Part shown: positions 34,896 through 48,023 of the stretch, one piece after another
Numbering within the stretch: position 1 is the stretch's first letter
Layout: every line of letters begins with the position of its first letter
From: Octopus bimaculoides
Lineage: Eukaryota
Reading direction: 5' to 3'
DNA: 64,000 nt
NCBI RefSeq assembly: GCF_001194135.2
Contig: NC_068985.1
Location: 19,820,059-19,884,058, forward strand
Made by a program: the position numbers and the translations under genes
Notes under the pieces: model-generated
What the model saw: only the letters and a program-made list of their open reading frames with translations
Databases searched by the model: none
Told to the model about the DNA's origin: nothing

Positions 34896-36034
34896 GTAAG
34901 TAATTTTCATTAATTTTCATCTTGCTTGGTTTCACATTTTAATAAGCACATTATATATACTTGAGGAATATTTTCACCTATTTATATTTTTAAATAAAGA
35001 TTTTTTTTTTATAGCTTTTACCATTTTTGTAATTTTTAAGAGCAAATCAATTCTTCTCCTTTCTAGTCTTGCAACCAAGCAGTTGCAGCCTAATTGTCAA
35101 ACAGTTAAGTGTTAATTTTCTTACTGCCAATACCACAGAATATGGTAGTTAAGTTAAATTCATGATTATTTCAACAAAAATATTTTCTAATGTTTCAGTA
35201 GCTATTTCTCTATTCTTGCTAACATATACTTATTACAGAAAAACAAGTTCTTCACACGGAAGTTCTTCTACTCCTAATAATTCAGTAACAGTATGGTATC
35301 AACTCTTTCAAAAGAAGAGCAGCCCTAGCCTTGAAATACTATTGGTCACATATTTAAGTGTAATCTGATTAGCTTACCTTGATCAAACTGAGAAACAACA
35401 TATATTGTTGTCACAACCTCATTCACTGCTACTTCATACCATTGATCTTTACATAGTTCTCCATTTTGTTGTATAAGTGATGGTTTTTTTCCCTCCCCTA
35501 TTTTCAATAAAATGCTATAACCCTTAACTACTTTTCATTCTAAATCTTTTTCTAATTGTTTAAGTTTCTTCCTTTCATGGGCCTTCAAACTTCTATGGAG
35601 TTATAGAAGCACTGCTGTGTCATATGCCATATCTTGGCATTTTAAACCTAGTGTGACTCATTCCTTCCAGGTTCTGAGAATATTTGATTTCTGCTAGAGT
35701 GACAGGAAGGGAGAGAGAGAGAGAGATGAAATTGACTCCAGTACTAAACTGGTACTTTATTTATTGATCCCCTAAAAGATGAAAGGCAAAGTTTATCTTG
35801 GTGGGATTTGACCTCAATGCAAAGAGCCAAAACAAATACCTGAAAGCATTTTATTTAAGGTTGTAATCATTCTGCCTATTAACAGCTGAATAACTTTCCT
35901 GTTACTAGCTTGCACTTTATCTACTTATGTTGAAATATAGTGATATTAATTCATAAAATATTTTAGCTAATACCTATCTTAAGTTAAACATTTTATATAC
36001 TCTTTTGAAATTAATTAATTTTCTTTAATTACAG

Positions 36035-36174
36035 ATTGAAGTAGGAAATGGAAAATATCCATACACAATTACTTCAAATCCCTTTGATTTTGTGAAAGAG
36101 ATTGTTGAAGGAGATCCACCGAAATTAACTCCTGGCAAATACTCAAAGAATTTTGAAATGTTTACTGCATTCTG
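36035..36174 (+). CDS. MAP2K6: MAP2K3/6-like exon
   Basis: tacAG/GTatgg. Reads IEVGNGKYPY..PFDFVKEIVEGDPPKLTPGKYSKNFEMFTAF. Confidence 0.9.
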
Positions 36175-37691
36175 GTATGGTTTCTTATATCTGTGAACAA
36201 TTAACTTTTTCATATTTCTAGTTTGGGGAGTGATCTAATCCAAAATATGATGATGATAATGACCATCATTTAACAATCGCTTTCCATGTTGGTGTGGATA
36301 AGACAGTTTAATAGGGGACTGGTGAGCTGCAGGGCTGCGTTGAGCTCCAATGTCATCTTTGGTGTGTTTTCTATGGTTGGAATCCTTTTCTAATGCCAAT
36401 CACTTTAGAGTGTACTGGATGCTTTTTTCTTGCCATCAACACTTGTAAGATTGCCACATAACTTGCAAGACAGCAAAGAACAGAGGAAAAGGAAAAACTC
36501 CCACTACTAAGAAGGAGTATTTGTGAGGGGAAGATGTCAGGTATTGAAAAGCTAGACTATGATAGAGGGACAAGCACATATGTCTTGTTATAAAGGAGTT
36601 ATATGGCTGAAGGAGACAAGAGGAAGGTAGTGATAGTGCTAAAGCAAACTCTCAAGGAAAAAGGTGAGTATAAGTGAGGACATGGATGGTGGGTGATGGG
36701 AAGGGATAAGAGATGAGAAGGGAAGTAGAGGTTAATATAGTGAGTGATGCACAAGGATGGGGATGCAGAAGATGGAAAACACCAGTATGTTGAGGGGTAA
36801 GGTGGAAGATAGGAGTGACTCAGGAAGGAGCATAGAAGAGAAAGTAATATGATGTGCAAAGTGTAGGAATTGTGGGAGATATTGAGATACATTAGGGGCT
36901 ATAGTAGGTAGGTCATGATGATTGATATTTGAGGGCATTTAGAGGTGTTTGAATGGAGTATAGCTGAGGGGAGAAAGAGCAGTGATTGGTTGAAATTGTG
37001 TGGGCAGGGATGATGAGGAATGGAAGTAGTTCTGGAATTGGTTTGACCGTTTGAAAGAGAATGGGATATAATATGTGCAATACTGCTCTTAAGTGAGTAC
37101 AACACAGAAAAATACCAACCATTTTGGTCCTTTGTCTTCTCTGTACGGCTTAACATCTTGAGAGTAGCCTTTGATACTTCGTCCCATGTCTCCCTGGGTT
37201 TCCCTCGTCTATGAGTTTTATCCATTTTAAGTAGTGACTCTGCTGGTGCAACATAAAAAGGATCCAGTTCACACTGTAGGCATCTAGTAACTTCGTCAAA
37301 GCAGACAGTGGAGCCTGGTACAGTCCTATGGCTAGCCAGCTCCTGTCACACTGTCCAACCCATGCCAGTTGGCATGATGATGATGATGATCATGGAAAAT
37401 GAATGTTAAATGATGATGATGATACATACATGAGACAGACTTTATTAAATAGGGGAAATGTTATGACAAGAGCTCCTTACATCTTTTCCTGGGACTACAT
37501 AAGATTTGGAAACTGATAACAATATCTAGAACTGGCCACAACTATAAAAACGATCATTTAGCATCAATAATTTGGTGTTTGGAAGGGTATCCAGCCATAG
37601 GAACCATGTCAAAACAGACAGTAAAGCTTAGTGCAATCTGCTGGCTTGCCAGCTTCTGTCATAATGTCAGCATGAATTCAATTTATAATAA

Positions 37692-38960
37692 TCTATATAT
37701 ATAAAAATGAGAATGTGTGTCTGTCTGTCTGTCTGTCTGTCTGTGTGAATCCCTAAAACTCGAGAACTACGCAACCAATTTCATTCAAATTTTACACATG
37801 CCTTACTTAGGGTTCCAGTTGTGTTTTAGTCAAAAAAAAATTTTAACTTCTTGCAGAGTTCGAGCCCACGGCAACATAATATCTCCTCTACTATTTAAGT
37901 ATTACGTGTCAAAAGTGAAACAAAACACTCATGTCAAATACTTTCACTTTAAAAATGAAACTATTCTACTAACTGAAACAATCACATTTCGATACTGTAA
38001 TGACAGATATTTTCAGACAGAGAGAGANNNNNNNNNNNNNNNNNNNNNNNNNNNNNNNNNNNNNNNNNNNNNNNNNNNNNNNNNNNNNNNNNNNNNNNNN
38101 NNNNNNNNNNNNNNNNNNNNNNNNNNNNNNNNNNNNNNNNNNNNNNNNNNNNNNNNNNNNNNNNNNNNNNNNNNNNNNNNNNNNNNNNNNNNNNNNNNNN
38201 NNNNNNNNNNNNNNNNNNNNNNNNNNNNNNNNNNNNNNNNNNNNNNNNNNNNNNNNNNNNNNNNNNNNNNNNNNNNNNNNNNNNNNNNNNNNNNNNNNNN
38301 NNNNNNNNNNNNNNNNNNNNNNNNNNNNNNNNNNNNNNNNNNNNNNNNNNNNNNNNNNNNNNNNNNNNNNNNNNNNNNNNNNNNNNNNNNNNNNNNNNNN
38401 NNNNNNNNNNNNNNNNNNNNNNNNNNNNNNNNNNNNNNNNNNNNNNNNNNNNNNNNNNNNNNNNNNNNNNNNNNNNNNNNNNNNNNNNNNNNNNNNNNNN
38501 NNNNNNNNNNNNNNNNNNNNNNNNNNNNNNNNNNNNNNNNNNNNNNNNNNNNNNNNNNNNNNNNNNNNNNNNNNNNTACAACAGTGTAAGACTACCCTTT
38601 CAGATATACTTACATTGTGATTTCTGCAATGTGGTGCATAAATTGTCAAGTAAATGAGACGCATCTTTGCCTCCACTGATTCACTTGCAAAGTATTGAGT
38701 AAAATTATTTCGTTGCAGACCTCCTTTGGGTCTTTTTATTATCACTACGACACAGTTGGTAACATTGATTTCAAGGCCCTCCTAGATGAGAGACTGGCAT
38801 TCCACTTAATGTCTATGTTCCATGCTGGCATGGATTGGAGAGTTATTAATGTAGAAATATGGTATCGTAGCTACTAACAGTTGAGGGTTGCGTAGTCTAG
38901 ACGGCGTTTTTAGATTTCATTATTCTCTTTAACCCGGGCAAAGCCGGGTATTTCTGCTAG
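37692..38960 (+). mobile_element. Non-autonomous Helitron in MAP2K intron (spans a gap)
   Basis: A|TCTATATATATAAAAATGAG 5' end, (GTCT)n, 3' hairpin CCCGGGCAAAGCCGGG, CTAG|T end. Inserted at an A|T site with no TSD. Confidence 0.8.
38028..38576. other. Assembly gap (N run)
   Basis: Seen directly. Confidence 1.
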
Positions 38961-39914
38961 TAGGTAATATAGCTACTTAAGTTATTAACTCAATTAGATG
39001 TTTTATGCTATTCAGGTTTCTCTTGATTGGGATGAGTTATATTACCATAATCATGAAGTGAATATTTAATGCATGCTAGTATTGTGTTACTGGAAGTTTT
39101 TTTGTTTTTCTTTTACATAAATTCTTATTGGTGGCATGTTTTATATACTTTAATTGCTATTCTCCAGCTTCACAAATAATGAGTTACTAAAATAGTTACA
39201 TTGTGATACAGATGTTATCACTGTGGGTTAAATGGCTGTTATAGAATTTCGTATAGTTTACTAATTTTTTCAGTTAAAACCTTCTGCTTAAAAACTTTGG
39301 GATTTCTCAGTTGCTTGGCAGATGTGTACTAGATCATTGATATATAAAAATTATAACAAACTGGCATGGCTGTGAAGGTAAGAAACTTGTTTCCCAACCA
39401 CATGGTTCCAGGTTCAGTGGGCAAGTGTCTTCTACTACAGCCTTGGGCCAACCAAAGCCTTGTGAGTGGATTTGGTTGAAAACTGAAAGCCCATCACACA
39501 CACATACGTGTGTCTGTGTTTGCCCCCACCACTGCTTGCCAACTGGTGTTACTGTCTTTACATCCCTGTAGCTTAGCAGTTTGGCAAAAGAGACCAATAA
39601 AATAAGTACCAGGCTTTAAAAAAAAACAAGTAGTGGAATCAATTTGTTTGACTAAAAATTCTTCAAAACAGTGCCCCAGCATGGCCACAGTCTAATGACT
39701 AAAACAAGTAATAGGTATAAGGCAAACCAGTGAGTCCTGAAATGTCCTTGATAAGTTTCTAAATTAACGTCATCTAGAACATTTACTAATGTGCTTTTCA
39801 GACAAACCTGTTTACTCCATATAATACTTTCAGTTACTTAGATAAATTATTGTAAATATGCTTTACTTTTGTATCAAATCAATATTTAACTGATGTTTGT
39901 TTACTTTATTGCAG

Positions 39915-40053
39915 TTTGACAAAAGAAGTTGAAAAGCGACCCAAATATGAAGGTCTTCTTGATCACATATTTTTACAAAATGCTGAAAAGGACGACTTCA
40001 ATATGAGTGAATATTTATCACCACTTATTGAAAAGTACCTATTGAAGACATAG
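39915..40053 (+). CDS. MAP2K6: MAP2K3/6-like terminal exon (stop TAG 40051-40053)
   Basis: gcAG acceptor. Reads (C)LTKEVEKRPKYEGLLDHIFL..LLKT*. With the candidate first exon the CDS is 966 nt (321 aa). Confidence 0.9.
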
Positions 40054-41678
40054 CATATACATCTACAGTTTTTAAGATTACTGCCAAGAGTATTATCTAG
40101 ATTATCAAATGCAAACTGGTAATGTTCCTGGATATGCACTATATCCAACATTACTTGACTTGCCTCTGACTTTCTTCCACCTTAAATATTTCTGTTTGAT
40201 AGACACATGATGAGAAACGACACTAATACATACTAATGATAAAAGTTCTGCTGGTTTCTCTCATTTTATACTCATCATTTTTTACAACATTTCCATTCTG
40301 ATTTCCACATGTAACCCATCTGAAGCTTCCACTGAAATAGGCTCTCACTGTTGCATTCAAATTTTTTTATCAAAGTTTCACAGTAACACTTTCATGTTTC
40401 ATTATTTTCAATGTTACTTAGGCAGTGAGTGAGTTGACAGAATTGCTAGCACATGAGACAAAACTCTTTAGCAACATTTTTTTCTGGTTTTATGTTCTGA
40501 GTTCAAATGTTATGAATCGTTTTGGCTTCCATCCTTTTGGGATTGATGAAATAAATGCCATTTGAGCATTGGGGTCAATGTAACTGACTAGCCCCCTTTC
40601 TTGAAATTTCAGGCATTGTGCCTATTGTAGAAAGGATTATTATTAATGTTACTGACAGTACAATGCTCTTCCATGTCAGTCTAATTTGTCTTATAGTTCA
40701 AAATACTTTGAAAGCATTTCATTCATTTCCTTGACATATAACACTAAAATACCTCCTCCTCTCTGCCTGTCTTTTACCTAGCTGTACCTGACTTTTAACT
40801 TCTGGACATTGTTCCTCTGCATATTAGCTATTAGCTGAACTATTGCTTCCCTGTGTTGCTCTATTTGACCAGCCTCTGCTGTAACTATAAAATCCCATAA
40901 GAAATTTGATTGCACAAAGTATAATGTGATTATCTGAAATGATATATAATTAATCCTGGAAAGTAATAAAATGAATTAAACATTTCACAATGGGAGGTCA
41001 TGATGTTGAATGTGCTACATGCTTCCCAATCATTGCTATATAAAGCTACTCATGTGACACTTTGTGTGTAGCTGTATACAGCTGAAAGGCTCTTCTCATT
41101 TTTCTCAAAAAAATTTTACTGGATAAACACTTCCCAGTTTACCTGTGTTAGATGTAATGTAATTTGAAATTGAAATTGCAGAACTTTTAGAGGCTAATCC
41201 CAATTATGCTTATTTTAGGGTGTGGAAGATGTTGTTCCTACAATAGATTTAGCTCCTTGCTACCTCCTAAAATAGGTTAATGACTTGCAGTAAGTGATAC
41301 TTAGAGAATAGTTTGCTATCCTCCATAGTACAGCAGTTCTCTGTTTCTGACTTTGTATTCAAATAAGCAATATTTGATTGCACTGTGTGGAAGTTGACTC
41401 TCCCTGTCATATGCCTATTTTCTTGTCATAATGGTTTTCAGTCTGAACTGACTATTCTTTAACCTATGCTAGGGAACAAAAGATACACTCCTTACAATGG
41501 ATAATATACATTGCGTTAATAATTGTTTGGCTATCTCTCTGATTCTTGGTTCCACCTGACTAATGACTCAGAAGATGGTTGGCTAGTTGACTGACTCCAA
41601 GTTATTACATAAACAAGACCACCAAACATTTAGCATATGACAAAATCTTATAACAGATTATGCACATGCACACTTTAC

Positions 41679-41735
<57 letters not shown>

Positions 41736-42189
41736 TATGATGGCTGTTGACTCATAAAACAATTAAGACCATGGCTGACTAAATATAGCACTGCATAACA
41801 TATTGTGAAAACGACAATGGTTCTTGAATCCTGCTAGCAACTTACAGAACTTGTTGCAGATTTGACATTCATACAAATTCTTCTGACTTTTTAATTGTTC
41901 TGGATCATTCTGGCGATTTTTTTCAGTGCACCCTCATATGCCTGAATACTCTGAGTGATTTATATACATGTTTTCGGGAAAATAGTGCATGTGAGGTTGG
42001 CCCCAGCAAGAAAATCATTGTAGTTTGTTACAGGTCTTTCTCTGTGGCTTCTCTGGTGACTCACTAGGCCTGTGCAAAACAAACATATGCGGCCATAGAC
42101 TTCAGACTTGATGAGGAACTGTAGGGTCAATGGAATTGTCATTTCATTCTGATCTCATTAAGCGTGCCCACTTGTTTGCATTTCACTGG

Positions 42190-43300
42190 AATATGCTCAC
42201 TTCATCTTAGACTCTTTGCTTCCAGGTTTTCCTATCATGTGATATGTCTTCCCATACCTGTTCAGAAATCTCTCGGATTCCAAGCAATTATTTTATATTG
42301 TCCTTAAATTGCTTTCTTGGCCTATGTTGTGGTTGAGTACCTTGTGACAGTTTGCCATACATTTGCTTGAGAATTCTACTGTCATGAAGATGCACAACAT
42401 GACCAACCCAACACATATGGTGACAGTGAATGTTGGCCTCAATACTCACTGCATTGGCTAAAACCTCTGTGTCAAGGGTATGTGTCATCCAGTGGATGCC
42501 CAAGATATTTCTCAAACATTGCTGATGATAACACTCAAGTGTTTTTAGGTGTGGCAGTACACTACCCATGTTTAACACAAAAATATGCATGTGTTGTAGA
42601 CTGCCAGCTTCTCTGGGACCAGACACAACTCTTCAGAGGAGCAAAGGCATCAGTGTCCCTTTTACATTCATGCAGTGATCTCATCGTCCATAGAGAAGCA
42701 ACTGTTGGTAATGCTGCCCAGGTATGTAAACTTACCAACCACCTTCAGTTTGTGGCTATCAACATAGATAGCTCTATATATGGCAATCTAGGTGCAGGTT
42801 GGTACATTACTACAGTTTAGTCAAGGCTGATGGTGAAATCAAAGGTCTTGCAGGAGTGTGAAAATCTATCCATCAAGTTTTGCATCATCTCTGCACTGTG
42901 TGGCTCAAGATACAATAATTGGCATATAAGAGGTCATGTACCAAAGACTGGAGAGTTTTTGTCACAAAATGCCAAATGGGCATAATGTTCAATATTGTAT
43001 GTACACACCTTCCTCACAGTCTCTGAAAGCATGCAGAACTATAGAGAAGATTGTGAATTCTGTTGGGGCATCATTTTTAACCTTCTACTAGTGTGGTCAT
43101 CTACGCTTCAGAGCAAGTTAGTCTTGTGCTACCTCCACTTGAGCACTTCTGATTCACTCATCTTTTCTCCTCTCAACCTGTACTATTCACCAATCTCAGT
43201 CCTTCATTCTCAGAATGTTGCCTCTCTGGGATTCCCACTCTGTGTGCATTTTTCCTTCAGCTCTCAACTTGCAATTATTCATAAAGGGTGTTAACAACTT
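42190..43300 (-). mobile_element. RTE-clade LINE fragment (reverse transcriptase C-terminus)
   Basis: Reads LKTLECYHQQCLRNILGIHW..WVGHVVHLHDSRILKQ-MYGKLSQG..RPRKQFKDNIK. Confidence 0.85.
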
Positions 43301-43964
43301 GGATTTAACTAGTTTTGAGAAGCAGGGGTGTGAGTACCTTAAGCCACTTCACTGCCCAAACCTATAAAATAAAAAGGATCATTATTTTAATCAAAACTTC
43401 AATCATCCCATGAATGAGTTCATCTCTTGAAGGACATTTCTCTAGGCAGTAAATACCACAAGGAATGTACACTGGTAGACACAAACACTTTTAAGGGACA
43501 TCATTGAGATAGCTTGACTTGCTATGAGTAGCAGCCATATCACCCTCAAATCACATCCTACTAACTTGAAATAGGTGAGGATACATTGAATAATGTATTC
43601 CAAGTTGCCTCTAAAGTGGTAGGGTGAGTTGACCCTGTCTGGAATGCAGTTGATCAAAGGTCTGTTTCTTTATCTAGACATAGACATCCATCTTTCTCTT
43701 TCACCTTATGCACACACACACACACACACATGCAGAGTTTACGTGGTTTCTGTTTGTACCAAGTTTTACTCACATCATATACGTCAATCTAAAGCTGTAG
43801 TAGAAGACACTTTCCAAGGTTCTGCTCATTGGGACTGAACCTAGAACCATGTAACTGTGAAGCAAACTGCTTTTCCCCATAGCCATGTCATTTGTGTCCA
43901 AATGTTTCCAAAATTTCTTAAAACATTATTATACGCTTGAGATTAAGTGATAGCAAATTACTAA

Positions 43965-44184
43965 CTCTTTAGCATTCAGATTACTCTGTAAAATGTAATG
44001 CTTATTTATTCATGTTGTTTTGAATTAATCATCCATTATCTCATAGCTTCACAATTTTGATAATGTGATTGTTTATTTTTAGAATGACATTTCAGGGTAG
44101 GTGTGAGAAACCAGATCTATCTGGTTTGATCATAAAACCAGTAGAACATTTAGGCTGGATATGGCTGGCTTAAATGCTAAAGGG
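43965..44184 (-). mobile_element. piggyBac-type MITE
   Basis: CTAA|CTCTTTAGC...GCTAAAGGG|TTAA, reverse orientation relative to the 3662 copy. Confidence 0.75.
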
Positions 44185-45071
44185 TTAAATAGAAGTAATT
44201 AGTTTTGAATAATTGAATTTGATTTATTAAATGGGATGGTTAGTTTTAAACAAATATAAAAATCTCTGTGATTAAAATCCCACTATGTTTTCATTATTTT
44301 TATCAGAAACTAAAGTAGATACAAAGACAAAACCTTTCATATCTTTAAAGGCTTCAACATATTTCATTTAACAGAAAATGCAATTATGCAGAGTACATAA
44401 TTCATGGGAGCTGTCTATTCTAACCTGTACAAGTCCATGGATATTAACCATCCACTGACATTAGACATTACAAACACTATTTCACTGCAGTTCTAAAATA
44501 ACTGCCTTTTAAATAGTTCCCAGAAAAAATTTACAGACGTACATTCCAAAATATTTAACAAATCAAAATTATTGCACTTCCATTGAGTTTATCTTGCCTC
44601 TTATAATCCCCACCAAATCCTCTGGATATTCTGTACCAAATTTGATATGTTTAATCTGAAATATTGCATCTTGTGTAACTGTAATTTGGTTCAATACAGA
44701 TAAAAACATGGTATGTCTGCTGCAATCAGGATATATATAGTTCTTCATTCTTGATTTGTAAGCTTTGGATTGAAAGAAATGAAATCAACTGTCTATATTT
44801 ATAAATAAAAGAATTTTTTAATGAAATTATGAAAATAATAGCTAATAAAAATCTTTTGTTTATGAAAACTATAAACTGTGGTTTGTTTTGCTTTATTATT
44901 TTTGTTTGATTTAAAAATTATAAAATTTTAAAATTGTCTCTGAAAGCTTTAGAAAGAATCAGTTAAAGCTAAAATGATGTGACTTGACCTGGAACATGTT
45001 AAAATTTATTTGAAACATCCAAGTATATTTTGATTTTTTATTACCATGTACTGACACTTATTTTATTGAAA

Positions 45072-46426
45072 ATAAAGAGGTGTAGCAACATCAGAGGAAG
45101 GTTAACTGGAAAGACAGCTTTTGTGTGCAGCAGATGCACAGGGGCAATAAATACTGTAGATGCTCAGAAAACTGATTCCATCACATGCCAGGAGAAACTA
45201 GAAATAGTTAATAGCTTCCGCTACCTAGGTGGCCAAGTCTATAGTAGGAGTGGATGCTTGGAGAGTGTTGCCACTAGAATAAGAATAGCCAGGGCAAAGC
45301 TCTTACCTCTACTGGTGACAAAGGGCCTCTCACTCAGAGTGAAGGTAGATTGTATGATGCATGTGTGCGAACAGCCATGCTACATGGCAGTGAAACATGG
45401 GACATGACTGCTGAAGACATGCATAGGCTTGAAAGAAAAGAAGCTAGTATGATTCACTGGATGTGTAGTGTCAGTGTGCACACACGACAGAGTGTAAGCA
45501 CTCTGAGAGAAATGTTGGACATAAGAAGCATCAGATCTGGTGTGCAAGAGAGATGACTGAGCTGGTATGGTCGTGTGCTGCATATGGATGAGGAGAGCTG
45601 TGTGAAGAAGTGTCACTCCCTAACAGTGGAAGGAACCCATGGAAGAGGGAGATCCAGGAAGACAGGATGAGGTGGTGAAGCATGACCTTCGAATGTTGGG
45701 CATCACAGAAGCAATGATGAAAGACAGACCTCTGGAGATATGCTGTGATTGAGAAGACCCAGCAAGTGATGTTAGATCACAGCCATAGCCTACACCAGTT
45801 TCGCATAACCAACCCATTTAAAAAGTACCCCTGTATCACTGGGCAACATGCTGTGCTTGAAGAGAGCTATTGAGTCAAGTAAAATCAAATCTAATCACAA
45901 TCAAAAGGAAATTGTAGTTGCGGCCAATGTCAGTGCTGCTTGACTGATTCCCATGCTGGTGGAACGCAATAAGCACCATGCATGTGTGGGTCATTACCCC
46001 AGTCCCGTCTAACTGGCTCCCCATGCTGGTAACACGTAAAAAGCACCATCTAAATGTGGTCGATACCGGCCCCCACCCACTGCCCCGACTGGCTCCTGTG
46101 CTGATGGTATGTAAAAAGCACCATCTGAATGTGGTTGATGCTAGCCCCACTGCCCCAACTGGCTCCTGTGCTGGTGGCACATAAAAAGTACCATCTGAAC
46201 GTGACCGATGCCAGTGCTGCCTGACTGGCTCCCATGCTGGTGACATGTAAAAAGCACCCACTACACTCTCGGACTGGTTGGCATTAGGAAGGGCATCCAG
46301 CTGTTGAAACATTGCCAGATCAGATTGGAGCCTGGTGCAGCCTCCTGGCTTGCCAGTCTCCAGTCAAACCATCCAACCCATGTCAACATGGAAAACGGAC
46401 GTTAAATGATAATGATGATGATGATG
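45072..46426 (+). mobile_element. RTE-clade LINE 3' end with 3'UTR minisatellite and family B tail
   Basis: Reads EKLEIVNSFRYLG..RIRIA..YDACVRTAMLHGSETW..LSWYGRVLHM..GRGR. Then about five 60-70 bp repeat units (45930-46260) and a (GAT)n tail. Confidence 0.9.
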
Positions 46427-46524
46427 NNNNNNNNNNNNNNNNNNNNNNNNNNNNNNNNNNNNNNNNNNNNNNNNNNNNNNNNNNNNNNNNNNNNNNNNNN
46501 NNNNNNNNNNNNNNNNNNNNNNNN
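46427..46524. other. Assembly gap (N run)
   Basis: Seen directly. Confidence 1.
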
Positions 46525-47621
46525 ATATATATATATATATATAATCTTTAATTCTTTCACTCATTCTACTGTGGCCATGTGTGTGGTTCATTTTAGTTTC
46601 TAACTATATGATTTTGTGTTCAGTCTCACCGTGTGGCACATTGGGCAAATGTTGTCCACTATATCCCTTGTGAGTGAATCTGGTGTATGGAAGCTGAAAG
46701 ATGCCCATCATGTATATATATATATATATATATGTTTGTGTCTCCTTGTTTTGACATTGTGCAGTGTAAACAAGTTTCACTGTCACATAAGCTGTGTCAT
46801 TCATTTCCAAACTTCTTTGAAGATATGTCTAGCCATGGGGAAGTATTATCTAGCTTGGAGACAGTTGAGGGTTCGTGGCAGGAAAGGCATCAAGCTGTAG
46901 AAAAGTCCAACTCAATGAAATCAGTCTGACCCATGCAAGCATTGAAAAGTGGACATTAAAATGATGATGGTGGTAATGGTATGTAACTGGGCTTCTGCCA
47001 GTTATGACGACAAGTGTTCCAGCTGATCTGATCAATGGAACAGCCTGCTCGTGAAATTAACACACAAGTGGCTGAGCATTCCACAGACATACTTAACCTT
47101 AATGTAGTTCTCAGGGAGACTCAGTGTGTCACAATGTGGCAAGGCTGGCCCTTTGAATTACAGGTACAACACATTTTCGCTAGTTGAGTGACTGGAGCAA
47201 AGTGAGATAAAGTGTCTTGCTCAAGGTTGGCCCTTTGAATTACAGGTACAACACATTTTTGTTAGTTGAGTGGACTGGAGCAAAGTGAGATAAAGTGTCT
47301 TGCTCAAGGACACAATACACTACCAGGAATTGAACTCACGGCCTTATGATCATGAGCCGAATACCCTAACCACATATCAATATTTTAGTACTCTGTAATA
47401 GGAAAATCATGTATTCGGTTAAAGATTAAGTAACCAGGAATTTAAATAGAAATACTAAGGAGTGTGTGACAATTTAATGTGATTTGACCTTTTGAAAAAT
47501 ATTTATTAAATAATTATGTCCGTTTCATCCAATCCCTAACATTTAGCTTTACTCTTGTTACCACAATACATTTAATAGATCCATAAATGTCTTGGATTCC
47601 TGTGGTTCCTTTACACAAATA

Positions 47622-48023
47622 GGCGTAGGAGTGGCTGTGTGATAAGTAGCTTGCTTACCAACCACATGGTTCTGGGTTCAGTCCCACTACGTGGCATCTT
47701 GGGCAAGTGTCTTCTACTATAGCCTCGGGCCGACCAAAGCCTTGTGAGTGGATTTGGTAGACGGAAACTGAAAGAAGCCCGTTGTATATATGTATATATA
47801 TATATATGTATGTGTGTATGTTTTTGTGTGTCTGTGTTTATCCCCCCAACATCGCTTGACAACCGATGCTGGTGTGTTTACGTCCCCGTAACTTAGCGGT
47901 TCAGCAAAAGAGATCGATAGAATAAGTATTAGGCTTCCAAAGAATAAGTCCTGGGGTCGATTTGCTCGACTAAAGGCGGTGCTCCAGCATGGCCACAGTC
48001 AAAAGACTGAAACAAGTAAAAGA
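47622..48023 (+). mobile_element. SINE family A, young copy
   Basis: Full head to tail, colinear with the 9499 copy. Confidence 0.9.

Noticed and set aside
47146-47309. ~82-bp tandem duplication (also a 33-bp duplication at 1981-2045)
   Set aside because: Local slippage duplications within a SINE or intron, with no sign of function.
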